A DNA stretch of 64,000 bases from Nitrosopumilus sp. (GTDB lineage: Archaea; Thermoproteota; Nitrososphaeria; Nitrososphaerales; Nitrosopumilaceae): the NCBI GenBank assembly GCA_963667665.2, contig OY763927.2:480001-544000 (forward strand), given 5' to 3'. This document shows positions 30,193 through 40,300 of the stretch, one piece after another; the first letter of the stretch is position 1, and each line of letters opens with the position of its first letter. A program made the position numbers and the translations under genes. A model generated the notes under the pieces. The model saw only the letters and a list, made by a program, of their open reading frames with translations. It did no database searches and was not told where the DNA came from.

Positions 30193-30327
30193 CTATTTTT
30201 TGACTTTTTGTGGTTTGTAGTGTGCTTTAATCATATGTCGTAGAGTTCTTTCGGAGTCTGTAAATTCCATTTTACATATTCTACACACTAGACTTGTTTC
30301 TTGAGTTCTTTTTCTAAATAAATTCAT
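30193..30327 (-). CDS. C2H2 Zn-finger micro-protein
   Basis: MNLFRKR...CRICKMEF...RHMIKAH. Confidence 0.7.
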   Translation of the reverse strand: MNLFRKRTQETSLVCRICKMEFTDSERTLRHMIKAHYKPQKVKK

Positions 30328-30424
30328 AAAAAAACGAATATTTTCTGTCTATATAATCTAATGTTGTCAAAAATAATATTTTATTGTAAACTATCTGACT
30401 AGAATCTAGACTTTATTGATATTA

Positions 30425-31021
30425 TTATTTGACTAATTCCTGGTTTTCTAATTGTAACAAATATCCATCTATTTCTTCAGGAGTCTCAGCACCAAATATG
30501 ATTAGGACTTTGTCGTCTTCATTAATTACATGATCTATGATATCTGGGACTGGCTCTTCATTAATGAAGAATTTGAGTGAGTAATCTTCATTTGTACAAT
30601 AAGATTTTCCATCTGGAAATACATAACACTGATCATCAAGACCTATACTCAATGTATCAAATAGATATCCTAGTGTAACTCCTGTGGCATGTTTGTGAAT
30701 TGTGGAGCCATCTCTTCCTTCAAAATGAATCCAAGGTGATTTAATTTGAAAAGCTGGACCGTCAAAGGAAAATGTGTCTCCAAAAATCTTTACTAATATT
30801 CCTGCATGGTCATGTGCGCTGCCCATTGCACCAGCATTTTCTGGACCGCCAGGTGCAGTTTCAGTCATGGTGAGAAACAAGTATCCTGCATATCCTACAA
30901 TTACTGCAATTACTGCAATTACTGCAACTGCAATAAGCGTCTCTTTTCTTTTTTCTACTGAATGTTTTGTAGCATAATTTTCACGTTTTGCTTCACGTTC
31001 TCTTCTTTCTTTTCGTCCCAT
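30425..31021 (-). CDS. conserved thaumarchaeal membrane-anchored protein
   Basis: Basic N-terminus, TM, HDHA...IHFEG...IHKH, paired Cys. Confidence 0.8.
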   Translation of the reverse strand: MGRKERREREAKRENYATKHSVEKRKETLIAVAVIAVIAVIVGYAGYLFLTMTETAPGGPENAGAMGSAHDHAGILVKIFGDTFSFDGPAFQIKSPWIHFEGRDGSTIHKHATGVTLGYLFDTLSIGLDDQCYVFPDGKSYCTNEDYSLKFFINEEPVPDIIDHVINEDDKVLIIFGAETPEEIDGYLLQLENQELVK

Positions 31022-31103
31022 GAGATGAACTGATTCTAAAATTTGCCCTAATTAACCTTTAGAGAATACTTTTCGTCATCTTTATTTAGCATAATTTTAA
31101 AAT

Positions 31104-32774
31104 GTGGATATGCGTGAAGAATACAAATACAAAGTTATTTCCAAAATTGAACATAAAAAAATCCACCCAAAATTAAGAGATGTATTATCTAAAATTAATG
31201 TTGGTGAAACCATATCTGTCAACACATTATTTAACAAATACATCTCAGTTTTGGGTTTCAACAGTAAAGTGACTGCTAAAAATTACATATCTGAGGCAAT
31301 AAAGACAGCATATAAACTAGAGGCAATCGCTAGAATAGATAACATAAGCGTTTCAGCTTGGTTTATGGGACTAGAGACAATTTCATTTTGGCAATCACAA
31401 TTACGTGGCAACAAACTAAAAAATATAAAATCAACCAATATCAGCACTACTAAATCCCAGTATTTGTTACAGTTGTGGCATTTTAATAAATGGCTTTTGG
31501 GTAGACAATTTACGATTAATTCATTTGAATCCAATAATAACAAATTTATCCTAAAAACATACAAAAAAGAGTTTGTAAATGTAGAAGAATTGCTAAGATT
31601 TTCAGAACAACCCTTCATAGATCATAAAAACATTACAAGAATCATCAAACAATATCTCATGGATGAATCCAATGCAAGAAAAAAAGCAACATCAATGACT
31701 GTTATCAAAAGTGCCATTATTTCATATTTTGAGAAAAATGACTGTGATATCCATGTAAAATACAACCCAAAATCAACTCATGATACAGAGACAGAAGACC
31801 AAAGTATGTCTATCTCAGAACTAATGGAGTTTTTAACAACTGGAAAACCATCAATAGTAGAAAAAACATTATTTTTGTGCAAGTTTCATAGAGGACTAGA
31901 CGTATCAACACTGGTAGATAGATTCAACTATGAAGCATGGGAACAAATTACAAAGTGGTTTAGGTCTGAGAATCATAATTCATGGGATTTGGAAAAATGC
32001 CCTGTTCCAATTGTATTGACAAGAATCAAAACAGATTACAAACATACTGGATTTTTAGACAGAGATGCTATTGATATGATATGCAAATATCTTGATCATA
32101 GAAAGAAAAAAACAGGGTCAGATATGAGCAATGGGGATGCATTGTTCTTAAATAAAATGAATAAACCTGTATCCCGTTCATGGGTTTTTTGTAAGTTTCG
32201 TAACATGGCAGAAAGAGCAGGAATTCAAAAAGTGATAGGCCAAAATATCCGTAAACAATACAAGATGGACTCGCATGAATTACGTGATTTATTAAAATCT
32301 ACACTGATTGATTCTGGATGCAGAATAGATGTTGCAGATCATGTCATTGGGCATAAGCCAAAAGATTCCTATGAAAAACAGGCAAAACTATACCCTGAAA
32401 CTTTGAGAAAGGAATACTCTAAAGCCTCAAAAAGACTCAACATATTTACAAAATTCACAAGTGTAGTTAATGGAACAGATGATGCAGATGATTTGAGGAT
32501 ATCCCTCAAAGACAAACTAGATGAATTAGAAAAAATAAAACAAAGAAGCTTGGATGATGAAGCAGAAAAGATAAAAAATGACAAAATGGCTGAACAAAAT
32601 GCAAGGCAAATGTCTCAAATGATGGATATGATAAATGAACTAAAAACTCAGATAAACTCTACAAAAAACAACAAATCAGATGAGTTGGAATTTTGCTGTA
32701 TCAAATGCAGTACTATTCACAAGAATCAAAAATGTCCTGTATGTGATTCCAAACTAAAGAGAATTTATGAATAG
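31104..32774 (+). CDS. tyrosine recombinase/integrase with coiled coil and C-terminal Zn ribbon
   Basis: RIKT, HELR, IGH, DSYE (catalytic Tyr); box I reads HRGLD; CIKC...CPVC tail. Confidence 0.88.
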   Translation: MDMREEYKYKVISKIEHKKIHPKLRDVLSKINVGETISVNTLFNKYISVLGFNSKVTAKNYISEAIKTAYKLEAIARIDNISVSAWFMGLETISFWQSQLRGNKLKNIKSTNISTTKSQYLLQLWHFNKWLLGRQFTINSFESNNNKFILKTYKKEFVNVEELLRFSEQPFIDHKNITRIIKQYLMDESNARKKATSMTVIKSAIISYFEKNDCDIHVKYNPKSTHDTETEDQSMSISELMEFLTTGKPSIVEKTLFLCKFHRGLDVSTLVDRFNYEAWEQITKWFRSENHNSWDLEKCPVPIVLTRIKTDYKHTGFLDRDAIDMICKYLDHRKKKTGSDMSNGDALFLNKMNKPVSRSWVFCKFRNMAERAGIQKVIGQNIRKQYKMDSHELRDLLKSTLIDSGCRIDVADHVIGHKPKDSYEKQAKLYPETLRKEYSKASKRLNIFTKFTSVVNGTDDADDLRISLKDKLDELEKIKQRSLDDEAEKIKNDKMAEQNARQMSQMMDMINELKTQINSTKNNKSDELEFCCIKCSTIHKNQKCPVCDSKLKRIYE

Positions 32775-33424
32775 AATCAAAACCTCACACAGTTGATACA
32801 AACTCAGAACTTTATATAATAAAAATTTACAATAAACCATTAAATTTATGAAAAAAACTCAAAAAAAAAAACAGATTATAATTATTATTTGAAATATTAA
32901 AAAATATTGTAAATTAAACACGGATCAGTTTTTATGGATCAATACCGTACTATACATCATGATAACCGTACTTTTTTCAATTGAGGAATTTTTGACTCTG
33001 TTTTAAAAAGATGATCGCATCTTTAAATATAATTTTCATATGGAAATTTTGGCTTTTAATCAAAATGTTCCATTATAGAACTAGTAATGTCTGAAGGGCC
33101 TCGAATACAAATTGCGAAATATGACTCGAAAAGAGGGTTAATCCTCCAAGACCACATCAGACAGTATTGTTATGACACGGTGTGTTATAATTTATGCCAA
33201 TAGCCTGCCAATAGATTTTCAGTTCGTCTTTTATACTAGTATTTCATAATTCAAGATGCGAAATATGAAATTTGAAAAGTGGGGTGTAACACCTGTCAAG
33301 TAAAGGAGATACTGGAATCTCAGGATGGATTAATCAGAATTCAAACCTAATTATTGATAAAATAATTTCTGAGCATCCTGTAGTTTCTTTTCTCAAAGAA
33401 GAAGGATATCCTACCAACAAAAAC

Positions 33425-33685
33425 ATGTTTACCAAATGTGAAATAATCTCATTTTTTGAAGATCCAACAACAATTAGTCCGGAAATTTTCCGCAGAACAA
33501 GAAACGGTGTATCTACTGATAAACTACTAACGGAAATTATTCGTTTGAATTTACCAAAAATAAAACTAGAACTAAAAAACGAGAAAGACAACAAACCAAC
33601 AACTGCATCTGCACAGTTTACTCTACAAACCATAAAAATTATTGATAAAATAATGTCATCTTCAAAGTTCAAAAATAGTTTATAA
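33425..33685 (+). CDS. hypothetical protein
   Basis: First ORF of element operon; frame open upstream, start uncertain. Confidence 0.45.
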   Translation: MFTKCEIISFFEDPTTISPEIFRRTRNGVSTDKLLTEIIRLNLPKIKLELKNEKDNKPTTASAQFTLQTIKIIDKIMSSSKFKNSL

Positions 33686-33703
33686 TTATCTGAGGAAGGA
33701 ATT

Positions 33704-33892
33704 TTGACAGACAATCAAAAAACGCCAATTACAATGGCGCATCTTATACGTGCAGCCATATGTAGCATTCTAAATAGATTAAATTTTCTAAAAGAAAATC
33801 CTTCCATATATGAGAGAGCAACAACACTACAGTCTTGTGAAAATATTCTAGAAAAAATTTACAAAGAAAAATATATGGGTTCTAAAAAATGA
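33704..33892 (+). CDS. hypothetical protein
   Basis: GAGGAAGGA upstream; stop overlaps the next ATG. Confidence 0.55.
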   Translation: MTDNQKTPITMAHLIRAAICSILNRLNFLKENPSIYERATTLQSCENILEKIYKEKYMGSKK

Positions 33893-34158
33893 GCGTTTCA
33901 CAATCGCAACAAACAACCCAGTGTTGCCAAAACAAAAAGGCATACACCATAACATACTCTCAAAAAGACACAGATGACACAATCACATCTGTTTGCATTA
34001 CTTGTTTTAATTTAGAGTTAAAATCAAAAAATTATCCAGACACTCTAATCAAACCTTATCAGAGAAATACCATCAAAATAATCTGCAACTCTTGCAGTAA
34101 CGATGTAACAACATCCGTTGGATGTGATGTATGTGATCCAAAAGGAGGATTATCATAA
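33889..34158 (+). CDS. Cys-rich Zn-binding protein, paralog 1
   Basis: CC..Y.ITY..CITC..IICNSCSNDVT..GCDVC. Confidence 0.75.
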   Translation: MSVSQSQQTTQCCQNKKAYTITYSQKDTDDTITSVCITCFNLELKSKNYPDTLIKPYQRNTIKIICNSCSNDVTTSVGCDVCDPKGGLS

Positions 34159-34448
34159 TGAGCCAAACAATTCAAAACAATTCTTTTGATGGAGAACATT
34201 GCTGCGATACAACAAATCCTGATTACTACATTACATACAAAATAAATGATACAATCAGAACAAACGTCATCTGCAAAAATTGTATTACATCACAGGTAGT
34301 CTTTGATGACAAATATGGAAAACTATTCATCTTACAGATAAACATCAAAAAAATAATCTGTATTCATTGCGGGAATGAAGTAACAAAATCCAAAGGATGT
34401 ACTAAATGCAAGACAGTTTTTGTAGAGGGGAAAAACAATGAAACATAA
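34158..34448 (+). CDS. Cys-rich Zn-binding protein, paralog 2
   Basis: CC..YYITY..CKNC..IICIHCGNEVT..GCTKC; AGGAGG SD, TAATG overlap. Confidence 0.75.
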   Translation: MSQTIQNNSFDGEHCCDTTNPDYYITYKINDTIRTNVICKNCITSQVVFDDKYGKLFILQINIKKIICIHCGNEVTKSKGCTKCKTVFVEGKNNET

Positions 34449-34536
34449 TTGCAAGTTTAATGGTAACAAGTTTGGTCATGTTCGCGGCCGACAGGTCGCA
34501 TGCATGTGGTGTGGATTCGTGGAAGTTGATAAATAA
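34438..34536 (+). CDS. 32-aa HxC...CxxC micro-protein
   Basis: MKHNCKF...ACMWCGFVEVDK*; GAGGGG upstream, TAATG overlap with next gene. Confidence 0.5.
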   Translation: MKHNCKFNGNKFGHVRGRQVACMWCGFVEVDK

Positions 34537-35252
34537 TGAGTAACAACACCAGTGTAATTCCATCTGAATTTCAAATCATGGACGAAGCTGATAATGCACA
34601 AATTCTCAAAGCAGAATCATACATTAAGCAGGCTTTGGCATATGACGTCAGGGGCAAAAAACAGCTCTCATACATGGGAATAAAATGGCTAGTCCTCAAA
34701 ATGTCACAAAAAGAGCAACCATTAGAGATTCTAGACATGCCATTAATCGAACTCTCCATGATTGACCTGGAGGATAAATCCACATGGATATGGTATTGTA
34801 CTATAAAGGCAAGGAATCAAAAAACAGGTCTAGTAACAGTTGGAGCTTCTGAATCTCCGTGGTTATCTGGAGGAAAATATGACACTTTTGGCAGAACCAA
34901 AGCCATCAGCAAAGCAGAAAGAAACGCATACAGAAAACAGATTCCTGAAATTGAAATAAATGCAATGTTAGAATCAATATCTCCAGAAGATATAGAGTCA
35001 TTACCATCTAGTTCAACTGGTTTGCCAAACAAACCATCACGAAAACAACTAGACTATCTCAAAAATCTAGGATACACAGGAATTACACCAAAAACATCAT
35101 TTGATGCATCTAGTTTAATTGAAAAATTAAAGAACAATTCCCAAGAATCAGATTCTGAGAAATACTGCTCTTGTGTTTCACCAATTCCTAATAGTATCAC
35201 TAACGGCAAGACATGTCAAACATGCAAGAAACTATTGGATGAAAAGCCATGA
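34536..35252 (+). CDS. putative single-strand annealing protein (Rad52/ERF/RecT-like) with C-terminal PSxKQ..YL..LG module and Zn motif
   Basis: Beta-hairpin WYCTIKARN...VGASE then KAISKAERNAYRKQIP helix; PSRKQLDYLKNLG...DASSLIEKL; CSC...CQTC. Confidence 0.55.
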   Translation: MSNNTSVIPSEFQIMDEADNAQILKAESYIKQALAYDVRGKKQLSYMGIKWLVLKMSQKEQPLEILDMPLIELSMIDLEDKSTWIWYCTIKARNQKTGLVTVGASESPWLSGGKYDTFGRTKAISKAERNAYRKQIPEIEINAMLESISPEDIESLPSSSTGLPNKPSRKQLDYLKNLGYTGITPKTSFDASSLIEKLKNNSQESDSEKYCSCVSPIPNSITNGKTCQTCKKLLDEKP

Positions 35253-35716
35253 CTTGGATTGCTAGAAAAATAAAGTATCACATTTTGGATACACATTACT
35301 ATTTAGGATTAACAAGTCTTTGCGGTACCACACATCTTGATGAAAAACAAAACATCTCATATGAACCTAGGATATTACATAGTGCTAGTTATTGCAAAAT
35401 ATGTCAAGACATGCTAAAAACAAAAAACATTCACAAGAAAATAAAACTGCAAGAGGCAAAACTAAAACTCTGTCAAGACAGACTGAAAAGAAATCTAAAA
35501 ACTGACATCAAACTACAAGATATGGTGTTAAGATATCTAAAACATCCAGACACAAAGACGCCAGTAAACATATCAGAGATGAAAAAAATATTCCAAGATG
35601 ATTGTCTTGTAGAAATTTTTGAAGATGTCTTGGTTCCATTAGTTATATCACAGAAAATTTCAATTTTTGAAGATGGGATAACCCCATGTTTTATGGAGGA
35701 ACAATATGTCAAGTAA
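35249..35716 (+). CDS. hypothetical protein with H..CG..CxxC motif
   Basis: ATGA overlap with previous gene. Confidence 0.6.
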   Translation: MTWIARKIKYHILDTHYYLGLTSLCGTTHLDEKQNISYEPRILHSASYCKICQDMLKTKNIHKKIKLQEAKLKLCQDRLKRNLKTDIKLQDMVLRYLKHPDTKTPVNISEMKKIFQDDCLVEIFEDVLVPLVISQKISIFEDGITPCFMEEQYVK

Positions 35717-36233
35717 GATTATGATCAACTGTATATCTGAATTACCTCCTGCAAAGAGTAATGGTACAGATACACAGTTGATGCATGGTCTGAGGGGAGA
35801 CCATGATATTTCTAACATATTATCAAATATTAAAAATTTCACTAATCGCTTCATACAGTGCCGTCAAAATACTGTTGTATCCCTGATGGGGAGCATCCAG
35901 CACTGTATCTTTTGGAATAAAACTGGCAGGATTTTGTACACACCTGTGGACGATAGACCGTGCAGTCAAGGAATCATACATGCCAAAAAGAATGAGAGAA
36001 ATATTCATGAATATCTGACAAAACTCAGAAAAAGTGAAGAAAACCTCCAATGTTCTAAACAGCACACTATGATAGAAGCTGACATGAGAAATAATTGCAA
36101 TAACTTCAATAACGCAAAAAAACGTAAACGACTATTACGTGTGGAAAGGCAAACTATTTTTTTTACAATTTCGGAATTATGTAATTGCTTCTTTCATCCA
36201 TGCCGAGAAATTTTTTATAAATTAACAAAATGA
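35706..36233 (+). CDS. hypothetical protein
   Basis: GGAGGA SD, overlapping operon. Confidence 0.55.
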   Translation: MSSKIMINCISELPPAKSNGTDTQLMHGLRGDHDISNILSNIKNFTNRFIQCRQNTVVSLMGSIQHCIFWNKTGRILYTPVDDRPCSQGIIHAKKNERNIHEYLTKLRKSEENLQCSKQHTMIEADMRNNCNNFNNAKKRKRLLRVERQTIFFTISELCNCFFHPCREIFYKLTK

Positions 36234-36415
36234 TCAAAAACATATGGAAAAAACATTACTGCTTACCTCAAGTTATGTTAATTATAGTTCTCATGATAAC
36301 CATTGCATCTATTTTACATGTTGTCAGTTTGAATGTAATTCATGAACAGGATATCATAGAGGATATTATCATAAACAATGATGATATAAAACAACTTTTT
36401 GAAACACTGATTTGA
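36230..36415 (+). CDS. small membrane protein
   Basis: One TM; followed by T-rich terminator. Confidence 0.5.
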   Translation: MIKNIWKKHYCLPQVMLIIVLMITIASILHVVSLNVIHEQDIIEDIIINNDDIKQLFETLI

Positions 36416-36419
36416 TAAA

Positions 36420-36436
36420 CTTTTTTTGTTTTTTTT
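36420..36436 (+). terminator. oligo-T terminator ending the element operon
   Basis: Two T-runs separated by one G directly after the stop codon. Confidence 0.5.
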
Positions 36437-36534
36437 ACAAAAATACATTATCACCTAGCTAATATTGCCACATATGAAAATCTTCTTTGCAGGGGGCTTT
36501 TGTTGGCCTTTTATAGTAATGGAGTATTGATTAT

Positions 36535-36780
36535 ATGACAACATACTACAAGGTGCTACGCTCCGTGACACCTGCCGATCTCGATACGCGTCCAAGGTTC
36601 GTCGAGGTATTAAAGCTGATCCCATCGCAGGGACATGTGACCTCTGAACTGTTCAGACATCTTGGAAAAAGCCGTGCAAGCAAGGGCATAACGCATGCAT
36701 GCTCACGCGGAATCCTCAAGAGAATCTCGCCGCACGATCAAATATTGGGACTGAATTCCGTAAAATTCTGGCTCACCTAG
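36535..36780 (+). CDS. hypothetical protein (possible HTH), start of the GC-richer block
   Basis: 81 aa; TTTTATA box about 20-25 nt upstream. Confidence 0.45.
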   Translation: MTTYYKVLRSVTPADLDTRPRFVEVLKLIPSQGHVTSELFRHLGKSRASKGITHACSRGILKRISPHDQILGLNSVKFWLT

Positions 36781-37089
36781 CTCAACGAGTCGGGCCACAA
36801 AAACAGCATATCCAAAAACGGTACCAAGTCACTGTATCTGCAGGGCCTCTCAAAGTTCGATGCGGTCTGCCAGCCATTTGATGCCACTTCCATTTCTGCC
36901 TTTGCCACATCCACACAAAACCTGCAAACCATCCAAGATCTGTGCAAATCCTGTCATCCAGGCGGTCTTTGGGTCCATTCACTGTGATTTTTTTGGCAGA
37001 TTCCATGACACTTTTTATTTGACATCTGATGCTGCATATTTTAAAAGAACTGCCAAATATTTCCAGATTTGCGTCATGCGGCCTGATCG

Positions 37090-37230
37090 GTACAGTGTAA
37101 ACGATCATTTATGGTACGATTAAACTTGGACAGAACTAATTTCTGTACAATAGATGACTAGTACAGTGTAAAATAATCCTTTATGGTACAATTAAACTTG
37201 GACAGAACTAATTTCCGTACAACAGAACTA
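37090..37230 (+). repeat. imperfect ~71-bp tandem duplication upstream of the giant gene
   Basis: GTACAGTGTAAA...TTTATGGTAC.ATTAAACTTGGACAGAACTAATTTC.GTACAA at 37090 and 37161. Confidence 0.9.
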
Positions 37231-37350
37231 TAAAGGCAGATATAAATACTTAATGGTATAAATAAGGACAGTGACCTTTAATTACAATTTTAGTGCCCCT
37301 TTTCGATATTTGTCCAGCGATTTGTCCCGCACCGCCGACAGGTACCATCC

Positions 37351-40300
37351 GTGAAGATATTCCTGCTGGTAGCCGTATTTGCCGTGTCGCTCATGGTGAT
37401 TGGGGTGGGGGACGCAGAGGTGCAACACACAGTCAAGCCGGGACAAATAGTTGCATCAGACCCCGCACCGTACCATCTGACCGGTAACACTTGGTCAATT
37501 CCGGACTTGTCTGCGTCACAGTCAGGATACGCGTTTGCGCAGACCCCAGACAGCACGCCCCCGACCTTTGTTTCATCCGAACTTGACACTGCGACAAGGG
37601 TGCTAACGATAACCTTTTCAGAAACAATTGATGCAACAAACGTAGATGCGGCCAAGATACACATAAGGGAGTCAGGCACCTACACGGGCGGCATAACCCT
37701 GACTGCAAACGAGCTTGTCACAACCACAAATGCCAGTACCATATCGTTTACCCTGACTATGCCACATTTAGAAACAGTCAAGGGACTGACCACGCCGGAA
37801 CTGACAGTCGAGCCCGGGGCGGTACGGGACACGTCTGGCAATCTCATCGTCGGTACCTTTGATGTCTCCACTGCCTCTTATGCCGGTAATGGTGAAAGAT
37901 TCTCCGTTTCAGGACAGGAAAACTCACCACAAGGCATGGCATTTTCAAATGACGGCGCCAAGATGTTCGTAGTAGGCTGGTTCGGCGAGGACATAAGCGA
38001 GTACACCCTGTCCACCCCCTTTGATGTCTCCACCGCCTCTTATGCCGGTAATGGTGAAAGATTCTCCGTCTCAGAACAGGACCCAGCACCACGAGGCATG
38101 GCATTTTCAAATGACGGCGCCAAGATGTTCATAGTAGGTGATCATGGAAATGACATAAGCGAATACACCCTGTCCACCCCCTTTGATGTCTCCACTGCCA
38201 CCTTTGCTAATGTCGTCTTCTCCGTCTCAGGACAGGACGAAACCCCAACAGGCATGGCGTTTTCAAATGACGGCACCAAGATGTTCGTAGTAGGCTGGGA
38301 CGCAGATAACATAAACGAATACACCCTGTCCACCCCCTTTGATGTCTCCACTGCCACCTTTGATGATGTCGTCTTCTCCGTCTCGATGCAGGAAACAACC
38401 CCAACAGGCATGGCGTTTTCAAACGACGGCGCCAAGATGTTCGTAGTAGGTACTGTGGGAGATGACATAAACGAGTACACCCTGTCCACCCCCTTTGATG
38501 TCTCCACCGCCTCTTATGCCGGTAATGGTGAAAGATTCTCCGTCTCAGGACAGGAAAGAACCCCAACAGGCATGGCATTTTCAAACAACGGCGCCAAGAT
38601 GTTCGTAATAGGTACTGTGGGAGATGACATAAACGAGTACACGCTAAGCTCCGTCTATCCCATCACGGTAACCAGCCCGCCTGCCGGGGCCTTTGTCACC
38701 ACCTGGAGGACGACTACTGCAGACAAGTCGATAACCCTCCCGATATCAGGATCCGGCATGACTGTCGACTGGGGCGACGGCAACACCACCGCCTCGGGAT
38801 CAGTCAACCACATCTACAATACTGCAGGCGACTATACTATCCAGGTAACCGGCGGCCTGGAAAGGTTCCACCTGAACAATGCCGCCGACGCGTCCAAACT
38901 GGTCTCGCTGGATCAGTGGGGGAACACCACATGGACCACCATGGAGAACGCCTTTTATGGTGCCGACAACATGGTCTACATGGCAACCGACACCCCCGAC
39001 CTCTCCGAAGTGACCAACATGAGGGAGATGTTCAACGAGGCCTCCAACTTCAACGGCAACCTCTCCACCTGGAACGTCTCAAAGGTAACTGACATGAGCT
39101 ACATGTTCGCTGACGCCACCTCCTTCAATGGCACCCTCTCTGGCTGGGACGTCTCGTCGGTCACCGTCATATACAACATGTTCGAGGGAGCCACCTCCTT
39201 CAACCAGGACATCTCCGGATGGAACGTCTCGGGCGTCACCGACATGGACGACATGTTTAAAGGCGCCACCTCCTTCAATGGCACCCTCTCTGGCTGGGAC
39301 GTCTCGGGCGTCACCGACATGGACGAAATGTTTAAAGGCGCCACCTCCTTCAATGGCACCCTCTCTGGCTGGGACGTCTCGTCGGTCACCGTCATATACA
39401 GCATGTTCGAGGGAGCCACCTCCTTCAACCAGGACATCTCTGGCTGGGACGTCTCGTCGGTCACCGTCATACACAGCATGTTCGAGGGAGCCACCTCCTT
39501 CAACCAGGACATCTCCGGATGGGACGTCTCGGGCGTCACCGACATGTACGACATGTTTAAAGGCGCCACCTCCTTCAACCAGGACATCTCCGGATGGGAC
39601 GTCTCAAGTGCCAACAGCATGGAATCCATGTTCTTCGGCGCCTCCTCCTTCAACCAGAACCTGGGCAACTGGTTCATCGTGCTGGATTCCAACACCTTCG
39701 CCGCCGACGTCGACATGCTGCACATATCCACGCAGAATGATTACCTAGACCAGGCCAAGCCCTCCTACACCATCGGCGACACCCAGTTCGTCATAGACCT
39801 GGACCCGGTCATCACCCTGAACTCCTCGGCGACGGTTCCTGATGGTTCCTACCAAGTGACCATCACCGTGGACATGCTCGACTTCGGCCCCGCGACCCAC
39901 TCCCTGAATACGGAGATCCACGTCCAGGTAAACACTCCCCCGACCGCCTTTGTCACCACCTGGAGGACGACTGCTACAGACAAGTCGATAACCCTCCCGA
40001 TATCAGGATCTGACATGACCGTCTACTGGGGCGACGGCAACACCGCCACCGGCGTCTCGGCACCCGTCGATCACACCTACAATACTGCAGGCGACTATAC
40101 TATCCAGGTAACCGGCGGCCTGGAAAGGTTCCACCTGAACAACGACGCCGACGCGTCCAAACTGGTCTCGCTGGATCAGTGGGGCAACACCACATGGACC
40201 ACCATGGAGAACGCCTTTTATGGTGCCAACAACATGGTCTACAACGCAGCCGACTCTCCAGACCTCTCCACAGTCACCGACATGTCCGGCATGTTCGGAG

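Noticed and set aside
31084-31094. ATTTAGCATAA as a dif-like att half-site before the integrase
   Set aside because: Only one arm, AT-rich, and similar TTATGCTAA words occur elsewhere; cannot be supported without the other element end
9265-32971. 13-bp match TACCGTACTATAC between 32943 and the reverse of 9269
   Set aside because: A single 13-mer match between arbitrary positions is expected by chance; at most a shared regulator site
30900-33330. tRNA gene as integration target
   Set aside because: No cloverleaf or T-loop consensus was seen around the integrase or elsewhere in the window
36782-37123. Overlapping ORFs on both strands as a transposase relic
   Set aside because: No DDE/HUH motif or terminal inverted repeats recognisable
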